Shown piece by piece: positions 35,438 through 43,908 of a DNA stretch of 64,000 nucleotides. Source of the DNA: Actinomycetota bacterium (GTDB lineage Bacteria; Actinomycetota; Thermoleophilia; Gaiellales; Gaiellaceae); the NCBI GenBank assembly GCA_046727975.1, contig JBKPDR010000004.1, positions 47,819 to 111,818 of the forward strand. Direction: 5' to 3'. The notes beneath the pieces were generated by a model, which saw only the letters and a program-made list of their open reading frames with translations, did no database searches and was not told the DNA's origin. How positions within the stretch are numbered: position 1 is the first letter of the stretch; every line of letters begins with the position of its first letter. The translations under genes and the position numbers were made by a program.

Positions 35438-35854
35438 TCACTTTGCGAGCGTCCGGAGCCCCGCGTAACGGGCGGCCCGACGCCCACGCATGCGTGTCGC
35501 GGCCAGCGGAAGCAGGACGGCCTCCAGGTATCCCACGAGGGGGATCAGGGCAACGAGCGCCAGGAGCATGCCGCCCAGACCGACAAAGGCGGCGAGCCCG
35601 AGCCGGGTCGCCCCGCGGCGCATGGCCCCGAACACGACCACGGCGGACGAGAGCGCCCCGAGAACGCCGCCCGCACCTCCGGCGACGAGCTCCGGCGTTT
35701 CGCCGATCGCCAGGCCGACGATCGCGCCGATGCCCGCACCGGCGAGGAGAGCGGCGCCGAGCCCGACCGTGTTGACGCCGAGGACTGCGCTGAGCATGAC
35801 TCCGAGACCGAGCCCGACACCGAGCGCGAGGCCGATGGTGTACCAGCCCCCCAT
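35438..35854 (-). CDS. Gly/Ala-rich integral membrane protein (138 aa)
   Basis: ORF 35438..35854. Four hydrophobic segments and coding-like GC3. No family recognised. Confidence 0.5.
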   Translation of the reverse strand: MGGWYTIGLALGVGLGLGVMLSAVLGVNTVGLGAALLAGAGIGAIVGLAIGETPELVAGGAGGVLGALSSAVVVFGAMRRGATRLGLAAFVGLGGMLLALVALIPLVGYLEAVLLPLAATRMRGRRAARYAGLRTLAK

Positions 35855-35926
35855 GCGAACCAGTCTAAAGACGAAGGTAGGGCGACAGAGCGGGCGTCAG
35901 CCCGCTCCGCGCCTCAGACGTTGGAC

Positions 35927-36451
35927 CTACGGAAGGTTTCCGCGGATCTCGCCGCCCGGAAAGTCGCCGGGGCCCGTGTTGGTCGGGGCGATGCCGTCAT
36001 TCGTGTGGAAGTTGACGTACGCATTGCCGCCGTCCAACGCGGCGACGAGATCGGCCAGCGGATGGCCGGCGAGGTCATTGATGAGGTCGGCTGCCGTGAT
36101 CGTTCCGGTGACCAGGACTCCGTCCGTGCGACCGGCTCCGAGCGGTCCGGCCACGTTGGGCGTGGTCGACGGATACAGCCAGACGACGATGTTGCCGTTC
36201 GAGCCAGCGGGCGCCATATGAATGTGGGCCATGAAGACGTTCTCGATGTTCGACGCGATGAGCTTGTACTCGAGCTCGGTCCCGTCCGTCGAGAGATGGA
36301 AGATCGCCTGGCCCTGACCCTGCGAGTCGCGGGCCGGCACCTCCAGCGAACCCTTTGCGTGGGTACTCCAGTTGCTGTTCAGCCCGGCGACCGCCACCCC
36401 GACCGCGACCGATCCGAGCACGAGAACGATGCCGACTAGGAGTCTGCGCAT
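35927..36451 (-). CDS. Secreted CHRD-domain protein
   Basis: ATG at 36451 with AAGGAGGGGG 6 nt upstream (the ORF track extends to 36490). Signal peptide. AHIHMAPAGSNG and NAYVNFHT blocks are typical of CHRD. Confidence 0.72.
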   Translation of the reverse strand: MRRLLVGIVLVLGSVAVGVAVAGLNSNWSTHAKGSLEVPARDSQGQGQAIFHLSTDGTELEYKLIASNIENVFMAHIHMAPAGSNGNIVVWLYPSTTPNVAGPLGAGRTDGVLVTGTITAADLINDLAGHPLADLVAALDGGNAYVNFHTNDGIAPTNTGPGDFPGGEIRGNLP

Positions 36452-36489
36452 GCCTGTCCCCCTCCTTTGACCGAAGGTTCCCGAAGTCA

Positions 36490-37596
36490 TTACGCGGAAG
36501 CGCCGCCTGCGGTTTGCAGGTGGGCGATCACCGAGAGCCCGAACTCACCCGCGCGCGCTCCGTCGACGACGCGATGGTCGAAGGTGATCGCGACGATGCC
36601 GATCGGGCAGATGACCACGTCTCCGTCCCGCACCACAGGCCGCTCGGCGATCCGGCCGACGCTGAGGATGGCGACCTCCGGGTGATTGATGATCGGAGTC
36701 TGGAAGAGGCCGGCGAGCTTCCCCGCGCTCGTGACCGTGAACGTCGACCCGCGAACCTCGTCTGGCGTGAGCGTTCCCTCGCGGGCGCCGTCCGCAAGGC
36801 GTCTGACGTCCACGTCGATCTCCTCGACGCTCTTGACATCGCAGCCGCGTACGACGGGCACGACCAGCCCCTGTTCCGTCTGCACCGCCACGCCGATGTC
36901 GTAGCGGTCGAGATAGACGATGTCGTCTCCTTCGAGCCGCGCATTCAGCTCGGGGAACTCCGTCAGCCCGAGCGCGCATGCCTTCACCACGGTCGCGACG
37001 ATTCGGTCGAGATCGACCTGGCCGAAGTCGCACTCCTCCACCCAGGTGACGGCCGGAATGTCGGCGTGGGCGCGCGCCATGTGCTCCGCGATCAGGCGCC
37101 GCACGCCGCGGAGCGGGACGCGCCGGCCCTCCGACGGGCCCGTACCCTGTGCAACTTGGGCGGCGGAGCGCACGTCGCTCTCGGTGATCCGTCCATTCGC
37201 CCCGGATCCGGCAACGGACGTGAGGTCGACCCCCAGCTCCTTCGCAACGCGGCGGACCAACGGCGTAGCTGCGATTCGCCGTTCCGGCGAATCGCTTTGT
37301 GTAGCTCCCGGCCCTCGCCTGGCAGTTTCCGGCGCGTCCGAGCCCGAAACCGCCTCGCCTGGATCTCCGATCAGCACGAGCACGGCGCCCACCGGGGCGA
37401 TCTCGCCCTCGGCGACGACCACCTTCAGCACGGTCCCCGCGTAGGGCGAGGGGATCTCCACGGTGGCCTTGTCGGTCTGGATCTCGACCAGCGGATCGTC
37501 CTCGGCGATCTCCTGGCCTTCGGCGACGAGCCAGCGGGCGACCTCGCCCTCGGTGAGGCCCTCGCCGAGGTCGGGGAGGCGAAACTCGTGGGCCAT
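36490..37596 (-). CDS. 2-oxoacid dehydrogenase E2 (dihydrolipoamide acyltransferase)
   Basis: ORF 36490..37596 (368 aa). Lipoyl site EIQTDKATVEIPS, a subunit-binding domain, and the catalytic DHRVVDG motif. Confidence 0.9.
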   Translation of the reverse strand: MAHEFRLPDLGEGLTEGEVARWLVAEGQEIAEDDPLVEIQTDKATVEIPSPYAGTVLKVVVAEGEIAPVGAVLVLIGDPGEAVSGSDAPETARRGPGATQSDSPERRIAATPLVRRVAKELGVDLTSVAGSGANGRITESDVRSAAQVAQGTGPSEGRRVPLRGVRRLIAEHMARAHADIPAVTWVEECDFGQVDLDRIVATVVKACALGLTEFPELNARLEGDDIVYLDRYDIGVAVQTEQGLVVPVVRGCDVKSVEEIDVDVRRLADGAREGTLTPDEVRGSTFTVTSAGKLAGLFQTPIINHPEVAILSVGRIAERPVVRDGDVVICPIGIVAITFDHRVVDGARAGEFGLSVIAHLQTAGGASA

Positions 37597-37598
37597 GA

Positions 37599-38078
37599 TT
37601 ACGCGATCCTCTCCGCAAGTCCGGGATAACGGACTACGAGCCCCTCGTCGTCGACCTCGAGGTCCGCGGTGAACGAGCCGGAGCGGTATCGAATCGTGCC
37701 TCCTGCGAGCGGCTCGTAGCGCTGCTCCGACCGGCTGACGTCCAGCGAAGGCACTTCGACCCAGGCCATGACGTAGTCGCGACCTTCGCCGCCCAGATGG
37801 AGCCCGTCACGCCGGATCGGCAGAGAGTTGAAGAGCGGCGAGTAGCCGAGGTCGAAGAAGTCGTGCTCTCCAACCTCGAGCTCGATCGAGCGGCCGCCGG
37901 TGACTGCTGCCCGCAGGCGTGAGCCGGAGAGCTCGTAGCGCAGTTCGTACACAACGCCGATCTGCGTCCCGGTCGCGTCGAGCCCGTGAGGGTGTAGGTG
38001 CACGTAAGCGATTTCCATCAGGGGCATGTCGGTGCCCCGCCACAGGCAATGCGACCTGGTCGACCCGCCTCCCGCCAT
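37599..38078 (-). CDS. Putative glycolipid-binding-domain-like protein (159 aa)
   Basis: ATG at 38078 (MAGGGSTRSHCLWRGTD...) within ORF 37599..38912. The pattern LWR...E.A.V......A.G..IG...Y.L.Y.L recalls PF06475-type proteins. Sits 14 nt after the E1-beta stop and 2 nt before the E2 start. Confidence 0.55.
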   Translation of the reverse strand: MAGGGSTRSHCLWRGTDMPLMEIAYVHLHPHGLDATGTQIGVVYELRYELSGSRLRAAVTGGRSIELEVGEHDFFDLGYSPLFNSLPIRRDGLHLGGEGRDYVMAWVEVPSLDVSRSEQRYEPLAGGTIRYRSGSFTADLEVDDEGLVVRYPGLAERIA

Positions 38079-38092
38079 GCTCGGCCGATCCG

Positions 38093-39067
38093 TCACGACG
38101 CAAGCAGACGGCGAGCGGCGTCCACGACGCGCTCCACGGACGGCATGTACGCGTCCTCGATCTGCCAGTACGGATACGGCACGTCGTAGCCGGTCACGCG
38201 CAGGACCGGCCCTTGCAGATCGTAGATCGCCTTCTCGGCGAGAACGGCGGCGACCTCGGCCGCATACCCCAGAGTCCGGGGCGCCTCCTGGACGACGACC
38301 ACTCTTCCGGTCTTCGCGGCCGAGCGGAGCAGGGTCTCCTCGTCGAGCGGCTTCAGGGTGCGCAGGTCGACGACCTCGCACGACGCCTCGCCCTCGAGCG
38401 AGTCCGCAGCCCGCTCCGCGAGGGGCACCATCGCGCCGTACGCGACGAAGGTGACGTCCGTCCCCTCGCGAGCGATGCGCGCCTCTCCGAGTGGAACGAC
38501 GTGCTCGCCCTCCGGGACCTCGCCGCGCGAGGTTCGGTAGATGAGCTTCGGCTCGAGCACGACGACCGGGTCGGGATCGCGAATCGCCGCCGCGAGGAGC
38601 CCCTTCGCGTCGGCGGGAGTCGACGGAACCGCCACCTTCACCCCTGGGGTGTGGACGTAGTACGTCTCGGGCGAGTCGTCGTGCAGCTCGGGCGCCCGCA
38701 CGCCTCCGCCGTACGGCATCCGCACGACGAGCGGGAACGACATCCTCCCGCGGGTGCGCCAGCGGTAGCGCCCGACATGGTTGATCAGCTGGTCGAGCGA
38801 TGGGTAGCTGAAGGCGTCGTACTGCATCTCGCAAACCGGACGCCAGCCGGCCATGCAGAGCCCGACGGCGGTCCCGAGGATCCCCGCTTCGGCGAGTGGG
38901 GTGTCGACGCAACGATCCGGGCCGAATCGCTCCTGCAGCCCCGCCGTCGCGCGAAAGACACCGCCCAGCTTCCCAACGTCTTCACCCATGACCATGACGG
39001 TCGGATCGCGCTCCATCTCCATGTGCAGGGCGTCGTTGACCGCCTCCACGAGCAGGCGCTCACTCAC
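38093..39067 (-). CDS. 2-oxoacid dehydrogenase E1 beta subunit
   Basis: GTG at 39067 (VSERLLVEAVNDAL...) within ORF 38093..39361. Transketolase-like pyrimidine-binding and C-terminal domains. 8-nt overlap with E1 alpha. Confidence 0.9.
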   Translation of the reverse strand: MSERLLVEAVNDALHMEMERDPTVMVMGEDVGKLGGVFRATAGLQERFGPDRCVDTPLAEAGILGTAVGLCMAGWRPVCEMQYDAFSYPSLDQLINHVGRYRWRTRGRMSFPLVVRMPYGGGVRAPELHDDSPETYYVHTPGVKVAVPSTPADAKGLLAAAIRDPDPVVVLEPKLIYRTSRGEVPEGEHVVPLGEARIAREGTDVTFVAYGAMVPLAERAADSLEGEASCEVVDLRTLKPLDEETLLRSAAKTGRVVVVQEAPRTLGYAAEVAAVLAEKAIYDLQGPVLRVTGYDVPYPYWQIEDAYMPSVERVVDAARRLLAS

Positions 39068-40124
39068 CGAGGACCCTCCGCAACTCCGCAAGGTCGTCCG
39101 CGAGCGCGGGCAGCGGGTGGGCGTACGCATGCTCGAAGACGAGCCCGACATCTGCCGGCGGTTCCGCCTCCGCCTCCGCAATGCCGGCCCGCATGAGCTC
39201 GAGGCAGTCTTGCTTGACCTGCTCCGCGCCCTCGTCGGTGAGGATGCCGGCTCGTTGCAGGTAGCGCTCGTAGCGCCCGACGCACTCGTTCTGCTTCTCC
39301 TCCTCGACCCGCTCCTGGTCGATGTACAGAGAGGGGTCATCAGCGGTTGCGTGGGGCGCAACGCGGTAGGTCACTGCCTCGATGAAGGTGGGGCCGTCGC
39401 CGGCTCGTGCGCGAGCGACCGCTTCGCGCGTCGCCTCGTGCACCGCGAGCACGTCCCCCCCGTCCACGCGCACCGCGGGGATGCCGTAGCCGATCGCCTT
39501 GTCGGCAAGCGTCGGCGCCGCTGTCTGCGCCGAGAGGGGCGTCGAGATGGCCCACTGGTTGTTGTTGCAGAAGAGGATGACCGGCGCCTTCATGACGCCG
39601 GCGAAGGTCGCCCCCTCGTGGAAAGACCCCTCCGAAGTCGCACCGTCACCGAAGTAGACGAGCGTGACCCCGTCCTCGCCCTTCAGACGAGTGCCCCACG
39701 CGTGACCGACCGCGTGTGGAATCTGCGTTCCGATCGGGACACACAGCGAGGCGACGTTGTACTCCAGCGGGTTCCACCAGCCCGCCGGATGACCTCGCCA
39801 CCAGGAGAGCACGGTCGAGACGGGCATACCGCGAAGAAGGCCGATCGCCGAATCGCGGTAGCTCGGGAAGATCCAGTCCCGCTCCTCGAGCGCAAACGCC
39901 GAGCCCGCCTGCATCGCCTCGTGGTTCCAGAAGATCGCGTACGTCCCGATACGGCCTTGCCGGTGATAGACGAGCGAGCGCTCGTCGAAGGTGCGGAGGA
40001 GCACGAGGTCCCGGTAGAGCGCGAGGTGTTGCTCCGAGCTGAGCCCGACCTCCGCGTCGGGAAGCGTCTGCCCGTCGCCGATGACGCGGCGCAGGCCTCC
40101 TTCGGCGGGGAGCACCTGGCTCAT
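39060..40124 (-). CDS. 2-oxoacid dehydrogenase E1 alpha subunit (TPP-binding)
   Basis: ATG at 40124 (MSQVLPAEGG...) within ORF 39060..40847. TPP motif GDGATSEG...NNQWAIS. Confidence 0.9.
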   Translation of the reverse strand: MSQVLPAEGGLRRVIGDGQTLPDAEVGLSSEQHLALYRDLVLLRTFDERSLVYHRQGRIGTYAIFWNHEAMQAGSAFALEERDWIFPSYRDSAIGLLRGMPVSTVLSWWRGHPAGWWNPLEYNVASLCVPIGTQIPHAVGHAWGTRLKGEDGVTLVYFGDGATSEGSFHEGATFAGVMKAPVILFCNNNQWAISTPLSAQTAAPTLADKAIGYGIPAVRVDGGDVLAVHEATREAVARARAGDGPTFIEAVTYRVAPHATADDPSLYIDQERVEEEKQNECVGRYERYLQRAGILTDEGAEQVKQDCLELMRAGIAEAEAEPPADVGLVFEHAYAHPLPALADDLAELRRVLGE

Positions 40125-40214
40125 GGCGCGGCCAGTGTAGAGGCAACAGCGCAGGAACCTCACGAGCCACCGCGGTGTACGAAGTGCGATGTCGAACCTG
40201 CAGGAGGTCTCACG

Positions 40215-40808
40215 ATGAAGCGTCTCGTTCTCGCTCCCCTGGCCGTCGCCCTCTTCGCCGCACTCGTCCCTGCCGCCGCTCTCGCCAAGGGCGCGAGCGA
40301 GGCGACGATCGAGGGGCCGGGCCTCGACAGTCCGATCACCGTGAAGGACCGTGGCCTCCACTCGATGCTCGGACACCTGGCCGAGGTCACAGGGTTCTAT
40401 CCGGCCGTCTTCGCGCGGATCCCGGACCCGCTGCTTCAAGAGCGACCGGAAGGCAACCTCGGGCCTCGCTACACGATCACTTGGGTCATGCCCGGGCCCA
40501 ACGGTGAAACGGATCGCATTCGCCAGGATCTCTATCCATTCGCGAGCCAGGGGCCTGTGTCGTACGTCCAGCCGGGCCAGCCCTTCTTCGAGACGGACGA
40601 GACGCACGGTGGCTGGTACGTCGCGTCGTCTTTCCTGAAGGACGACCTCGTCGGTGTGGGGCTCCCCGAGACCCCGCCTACCGGCGGGGGCGGCTCGGAC
40701 TTCCCGTGGACGATGATCGGCGCCCTCGGGGCAGTCGTCATCGTCCTCGTGCTCGCGGTCGCGGCGACGCTCCACCTCCGCAGGCGCCCCGGCCCGGCAA
40801 CGGCGTGA
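40215..40808 (+). CDS. Secreted protein with C-terminal TM anchor (197 aa), hypothetical
   Basis: ATG at 40215 with AGGAGG 8 nt upstream (tail of ORF 38853..40808). Signal peptide MKRLVLAPLAVALFAALVPAAALA. C-terminal helix then RRRPG. Confidence 0.6.
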   Translation: MKRLVLAPLAVALFAALVPAAALAKGASEATIEGPGLDSPITVKDRGLHSMLGHLAEVTGFYPAVFARIPDPLLQERPEGNLGPRYTITWVMPGPNGETDRIRQDLYPFASQGPVSYVQPGQPFFETDETHGGWYVASSFLKDDLVGVGLPETPPTGGGGSDFPWTMIGALGAVVIVLVLAVAATLHLRRRPGPATA

Positions 40809-40850
40809 GACGTCACGTGGGGTCAGACCCCGGGGGTCGGACCCCACGTC

Positions 40851-41726
40851 TTACACGAGCACGGTCACGGCGTCTCGCTCGGCCTCGAAGACAGCCTGCT
40901 CGACGTCTCCGAGGTCCTCGCCGTCCACCTGCAACGGCAGGGGGCGGTCGCAGACGACCTCGAGCCGATCGACGTCGTGTGCATAGAGGAGCCTCCGCGC
41001 CTTCGACCGGTCACCCCCGCCGAGGACATACGAGAGCAGCCGCGGCAGCTCGTGCGCGCGGATCCGGATCGGGGCGACGAGATCGAGTCCGCTCTCGAAG
41101 CTCGCCTCCGGCGCCACTCGTAAGGCGAAGCGGCCGGCGTAGCTGTACTCGGCGCAGTTCGAGACAAGTGCGAAAGCGGCACGGCCGTGCCCCTTGAGCT
41201 CGAGCACGGGCTCGAGGCGAAACCGATGCTTCGCGAGCGTCCGCACCCCCGTCCAGGCGAAGCTGAGGTCCCCGGGGCGGCTACCGTCGGGGTGGCGGCC
41301 GAGCGCATCCACCGCGCGGACGATCTCCGCGTCGAGGCCGATCCCGGCGTTGAACCCGAAGCGCCTTCCGTTGACGCTCCCGACCCCGATCCGGCGCTCG
41401 ATGCCCCCGGCGACGCGATGTGCGGCCTCGACCGGCTCCCGAGGAAGCCCCAACGCACGTGGGAGGACGCTCGTGCCGCCCCCCGGAATGAGCCCGAGCG
41501 GCGTCGTGGCGTCGATCCCGTTCAACGCCTCGTTGAACGTCCCGTCTCCACCGAAGACGTAGAGCGCAGCGACCGTCGAGGACGCCTCGCGGGCGATCTC
41601 GTTCGCCTGGCCTTGCCGGGTGGTCACCCGCAGGACGGTCGCGCTCGGCAGCGCAGACCGGACCGCGGCCAGCCGCTCCTCGCTCACGCCCGTGGCGAAC
41701 GGATTGACGATCAGGATACGGCTCAC
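40851..41726 (-). CDS. Diacylglycerol/lipid kinase family protein (YegS/BmrU-like)
   Basis: Within ORF 40851..41846. Homology begins at (V)SRILIVNPFATG, so the GTG at 41726 is preferred. GGDGTFNEALNG motif. Confidence 0.8.
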   Translation of the reverse strand: MSRILIVNPFATGVSEERLAAVRSALPSATVLRVTTRQGQANEIAREASSTVAALYVFGGDGTFNEALNGIDATTPLGLIPGGGTSVLPRALGLPREPVEAAHRVAGGIERRIGVGSVNGRRFGFNAGIGLDAEIVRAVDALGRHPDGSRPGDLSFAWTGVRTLAKHRFRLEPVLELKGHGRAAFALVSNCAEYSYAGRFALRVAPEASFESGLDLVAPIRIRAHELPRLLSYVLGGGDRSKARRLLYAHDVDRLEVVCDRPLPLQVDGEDLGDVEQAVFEAERDAVTVLV

Positions 41727-41760
41727 ATGGACATGATGGCGGGGCGTAGAAGCCAAGGGG

Positions 41761-41777
41761 GTGTCAAGCCTTGACAC
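41761..41777. promoter_or_regulatory. 17-bp palindrome gtgtcaag-c-cttgacac carrying TTGACA on both strands
   Basis: Perfect 8-bp arms, 35 nt upstream of the lipid kinase start. May be a -35 element and/or an operator. Confidence 0.3.
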
Positions 41778-41948
41778 GCGCCTCGACGGTTGTTTGAATC
41801 GCGAACTCCCGACACCGGGTGTGGCTGGGCTCGAGATTTCGGGCACCTCGCCGCCTGATCCGGCGAGCTGGCGCTGAGCGCGTCCTTCCCGTTTGCCGAC
41901 TAGGCGGCTGTGCGGGCCGCCGCCCGCCTGCAGCCCGCCGCGTTGGTG

Positions 41949-42539
41949 TCAATCGTCGAATGTTCGGGGTGGCGTCGAGTAGCCGCGGATACCGTCGACG
42001 AGGATCGCCGTGAAGCGATCGGCCAGCTCGTCCGTGTCGCGTCCCGGCGAGAGCCAGGTGTACGCCCAGTTCGCCGCCGACAGGACGAGCAGCGCCGCGG
42101 CGCTTGGATCGAGGTCCGAACGGAGCTCGCCGGCCTCGACTCCCTCGCGGAAGAGCGCACGGAAACGTTCCTCGTAGCGGCGGCGCTCCGAGAGGAGCTC
42201 CTCGCGGTAGTCGCCCTCGAGGTACCGCCATTCGCGGGTGAAGACAGTGGCGACGTCGAGCTGCTCGGCCACGACCCGGAGATGCCCGCGCAGCGCGAGC
42301 CGCACCCGCTCGATCGTCGCGGCATCCTCGGGCACCATGTCGAGCGCCGCGTGGAACGCGCGAGCACCCTCTCGCATCGTCTCGAAGAGGAGCTGCTGCT
42401 TCGAGCCCGTCAAGGAGTAGAGCGAGCCCTTCTGCACCCCGAGTGCCTCCGCGAGATCGCCCATCGACGTGCCGTGGAAGCCTCGTTCGGCGAAGAGCCG
42501 GGCGGCAGTGCGGGCCAGCTCTTCCCTCCTCGCGGACAT
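41949..42539 (-). CDS. TetR-family regulator (PaaR-like by context)
   Basis: ORF 41949..42539 (196 aa). N-terminal TetR HTH (LFAERGFHGTSMGDLAEALGVQKGSLYS). Divergent from paaA. Confidence 0.85.
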   Translation of the reverse strand: MSARREELARTAARLFAERGFHGTSMGDLAEALGVQKGSLYSLTGSKQQLLFETMREGARAFHAALDMVPEDAATIERVRLALRGHLRVVAEQLDVATVFTREWRYLEGDYREELLSERRRYEERFRALFREGVEAGELRSDLDPSAAALLVLSAANWAYTWLSPGRDTDELADRFTAILVDGIRGYSTPPRTFDD

Positions 42540-42548
42540 ATACTGATG

Positions 42549-42566
42549 CTAACGACCGTTCGGTAG
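42549..42566. promoter_or_regulatory. Imperfect palindrome CTAACGACCGTTCGGTAG (candidate TetR/PaaR operator)
   Basis: 14 of 18 positions are self-complementary, with an ACCG-N2-CGGT core. Lies in the 36-nt paaR-paaA divergent region, just upstream of the paaA RBS GGGAGG. Confidence 0.35.
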
Positions 42567-42575
42567 GGAGGCGAC

Positions 42576-43478
42576 ATGAACACGCGCACCCAGGAGTTCC
42601 TCGAGTACGTCCAGTCCGGCGGCCAGGTCGAGACGGGCGACTGGATGCCCGACGAGTACCGCTCGAAGCTCATCAAGTTCATCGAGATGCACGGGAACTC
42701 GGAGCTCATGGGCGTCCTCCCGGAGCGCGACTGGATCCTGCGGGCACCGACGTTGCAGCGAAAGCTCGCGCTGACGGCGAAGATCCAGGACGAGGTCGGC
42801 CATGCGCAGCTCATCTACCGCGTCGTCGAGGATCTCGGGAAGCCTCGAAACGCGTGTCTCGACGACCTCGTGTCCGGCAAGTCCAAGTTCCACAACGTCT
42901 TCCACTACCCGACACGAACGTGGGGCGACGTGGGCGTGATCGCCTGGCTCGTCGACGCAGCGGCGATCGTCTCCCAGAAAGCGCTCCTCAAGTGCTCCTA
43001 CGCGCCGTACGCGCGAATCATGAAGAAGATCTGCTGGGAGGAGTCGTTCCACATCCTTCACGGCCGCGACGTGATCCTCGCCATGGTCACGGGCACGCAG
43101 GAGCAGTTCGAGCTCGTGCAGGAGGCGCTCGATCGCTGGTGGGAGCCGCTCATGCACTTTCACGGCAACCAGATCCCGGCCGACGAGGACCCGATGTACG
43201 TTTGGCGGATCAAGAGCCAGGCAAACGAGGACGCCCGGCAGCAGTTCCTCGACGGCTACGTCCCCCAGATCCGCGAGCTCGGCCTCGAGATCCCGGACCC
43301 CGCGCTCCGCAAGGACGAGGAGAGCGAGACGTGGCTCTACACCGAGCCGGACTGGGACAAGCTGCGCGCGGTCGTCACCGGCCACGGTCCGGCGTCTGCG
43401 GAGCGCCTCGCGTTCCGCCGGCTCTCGCGGGAGGACGTCGCGTGGGTCGAGAGGGTGGTGCTCGCGGAGGCCGCATGA
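42576..43478 (+). CDS. paaA: 1,2-phenylacetyl-CoA epoxidase subunit A
   Basis: ORF 42576..43478 (300 aa). Di-iron ligand blocks QDEVGHAQ and EESFHILHG. Confidence 0.9.
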   Translation: MNTRTQEFLEYVQSGGQVETGDWMPDEYRSKLIKFIEMHGNSELMGVLPERDWILRAPTLQRKLALTAKIQDEVGHAQLIYRVVEDLGKPRNACLDDLVSGKSKFHNVFHYPTRTWGDVGVIAWLVDAAAIVSQKALLKCSYAPYARIMKKICWEESFHILHGRDVILAMVTGTQEQFELVQEALDRWWEPLMHFHGNQIPADEDPMYVWRIKSQANEDARQQFLDGYVPQIRELGLEIPDPALRKDEESETWLYTEPDWDKLRAVVTGHGPASAERLAFRRLSREDVAWVERVVLAEAA

Positions 43479-43612
43479 ACGCTCGCCTTCGGCTCGCGTT
43501 GATGGGGGAAACCATGTTTCCCCCATCTGCCCCCTTCTTCCTGAGAGCGCGGGGAACCTCCCGGCTCCCCGCACCCCTCGACGCGCATGTGCCAACTGGA
43601 GTTGGCCCATGA
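43475..43612 (+). repeat. Intercistronic repeat (family 2) forming a 45-codon mini-ORF coupled to paaA and paaB
   Basis: ATG at 43475 overlaps the paaA TGA (ATGA), and the stop TGA 43610..43612 overlaps the paaB ATG (ATGA). Contains hairpins gggggaaac-cat-gtttccccc and gcggggaacc-tccc-ggctccccgc. Homologous to 21899..22084. Confidence 0.75.
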
Positions 43613-43908
43613 GCATCTACGAGGTCTTCAGGCAAGAACGAAAGGGCCAGCCCTTCCAGCACGCGGGAACGGTTACGGCGCCCGATCTGCGCTTCGCCGA
43701 GATCTACGCCCGCGAGCAGTACGGGCGCCGCCAGGAGTCGGCCGCTCTGTGGCTCGTACCGCGCGAGTCGATGACCGAGATCGACGAGTTTCCGGACGAG
43801 TTCGACCTCAAATATCGAAGGGTCGACGGCTACTCGATCAAGACGCGGCTCCGCGAGGCACGCGAGAAGGCACTTTCGTCTTCGACGAAAGTGCCTAGGG
43901 AGACATGA
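43609..43908 (+). CDS. paaB: 1,2-phenylacetyl-CoA epoxidase subunit B
   Basis: ORF 43609..43908 (99 aa). YEVF.......H.G.V.A.D...A...A...Y pattern of PaaB. Confidence 0.88.
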   Translation: MSIYEVFRQERKGQPFQHAGTVTAPDLRFAEIYAREQYGRRQESAALWLVPRESMTEIDEFPDEFDLKYRRVDGYSIKTRLREAREKALSSSTKVPRET

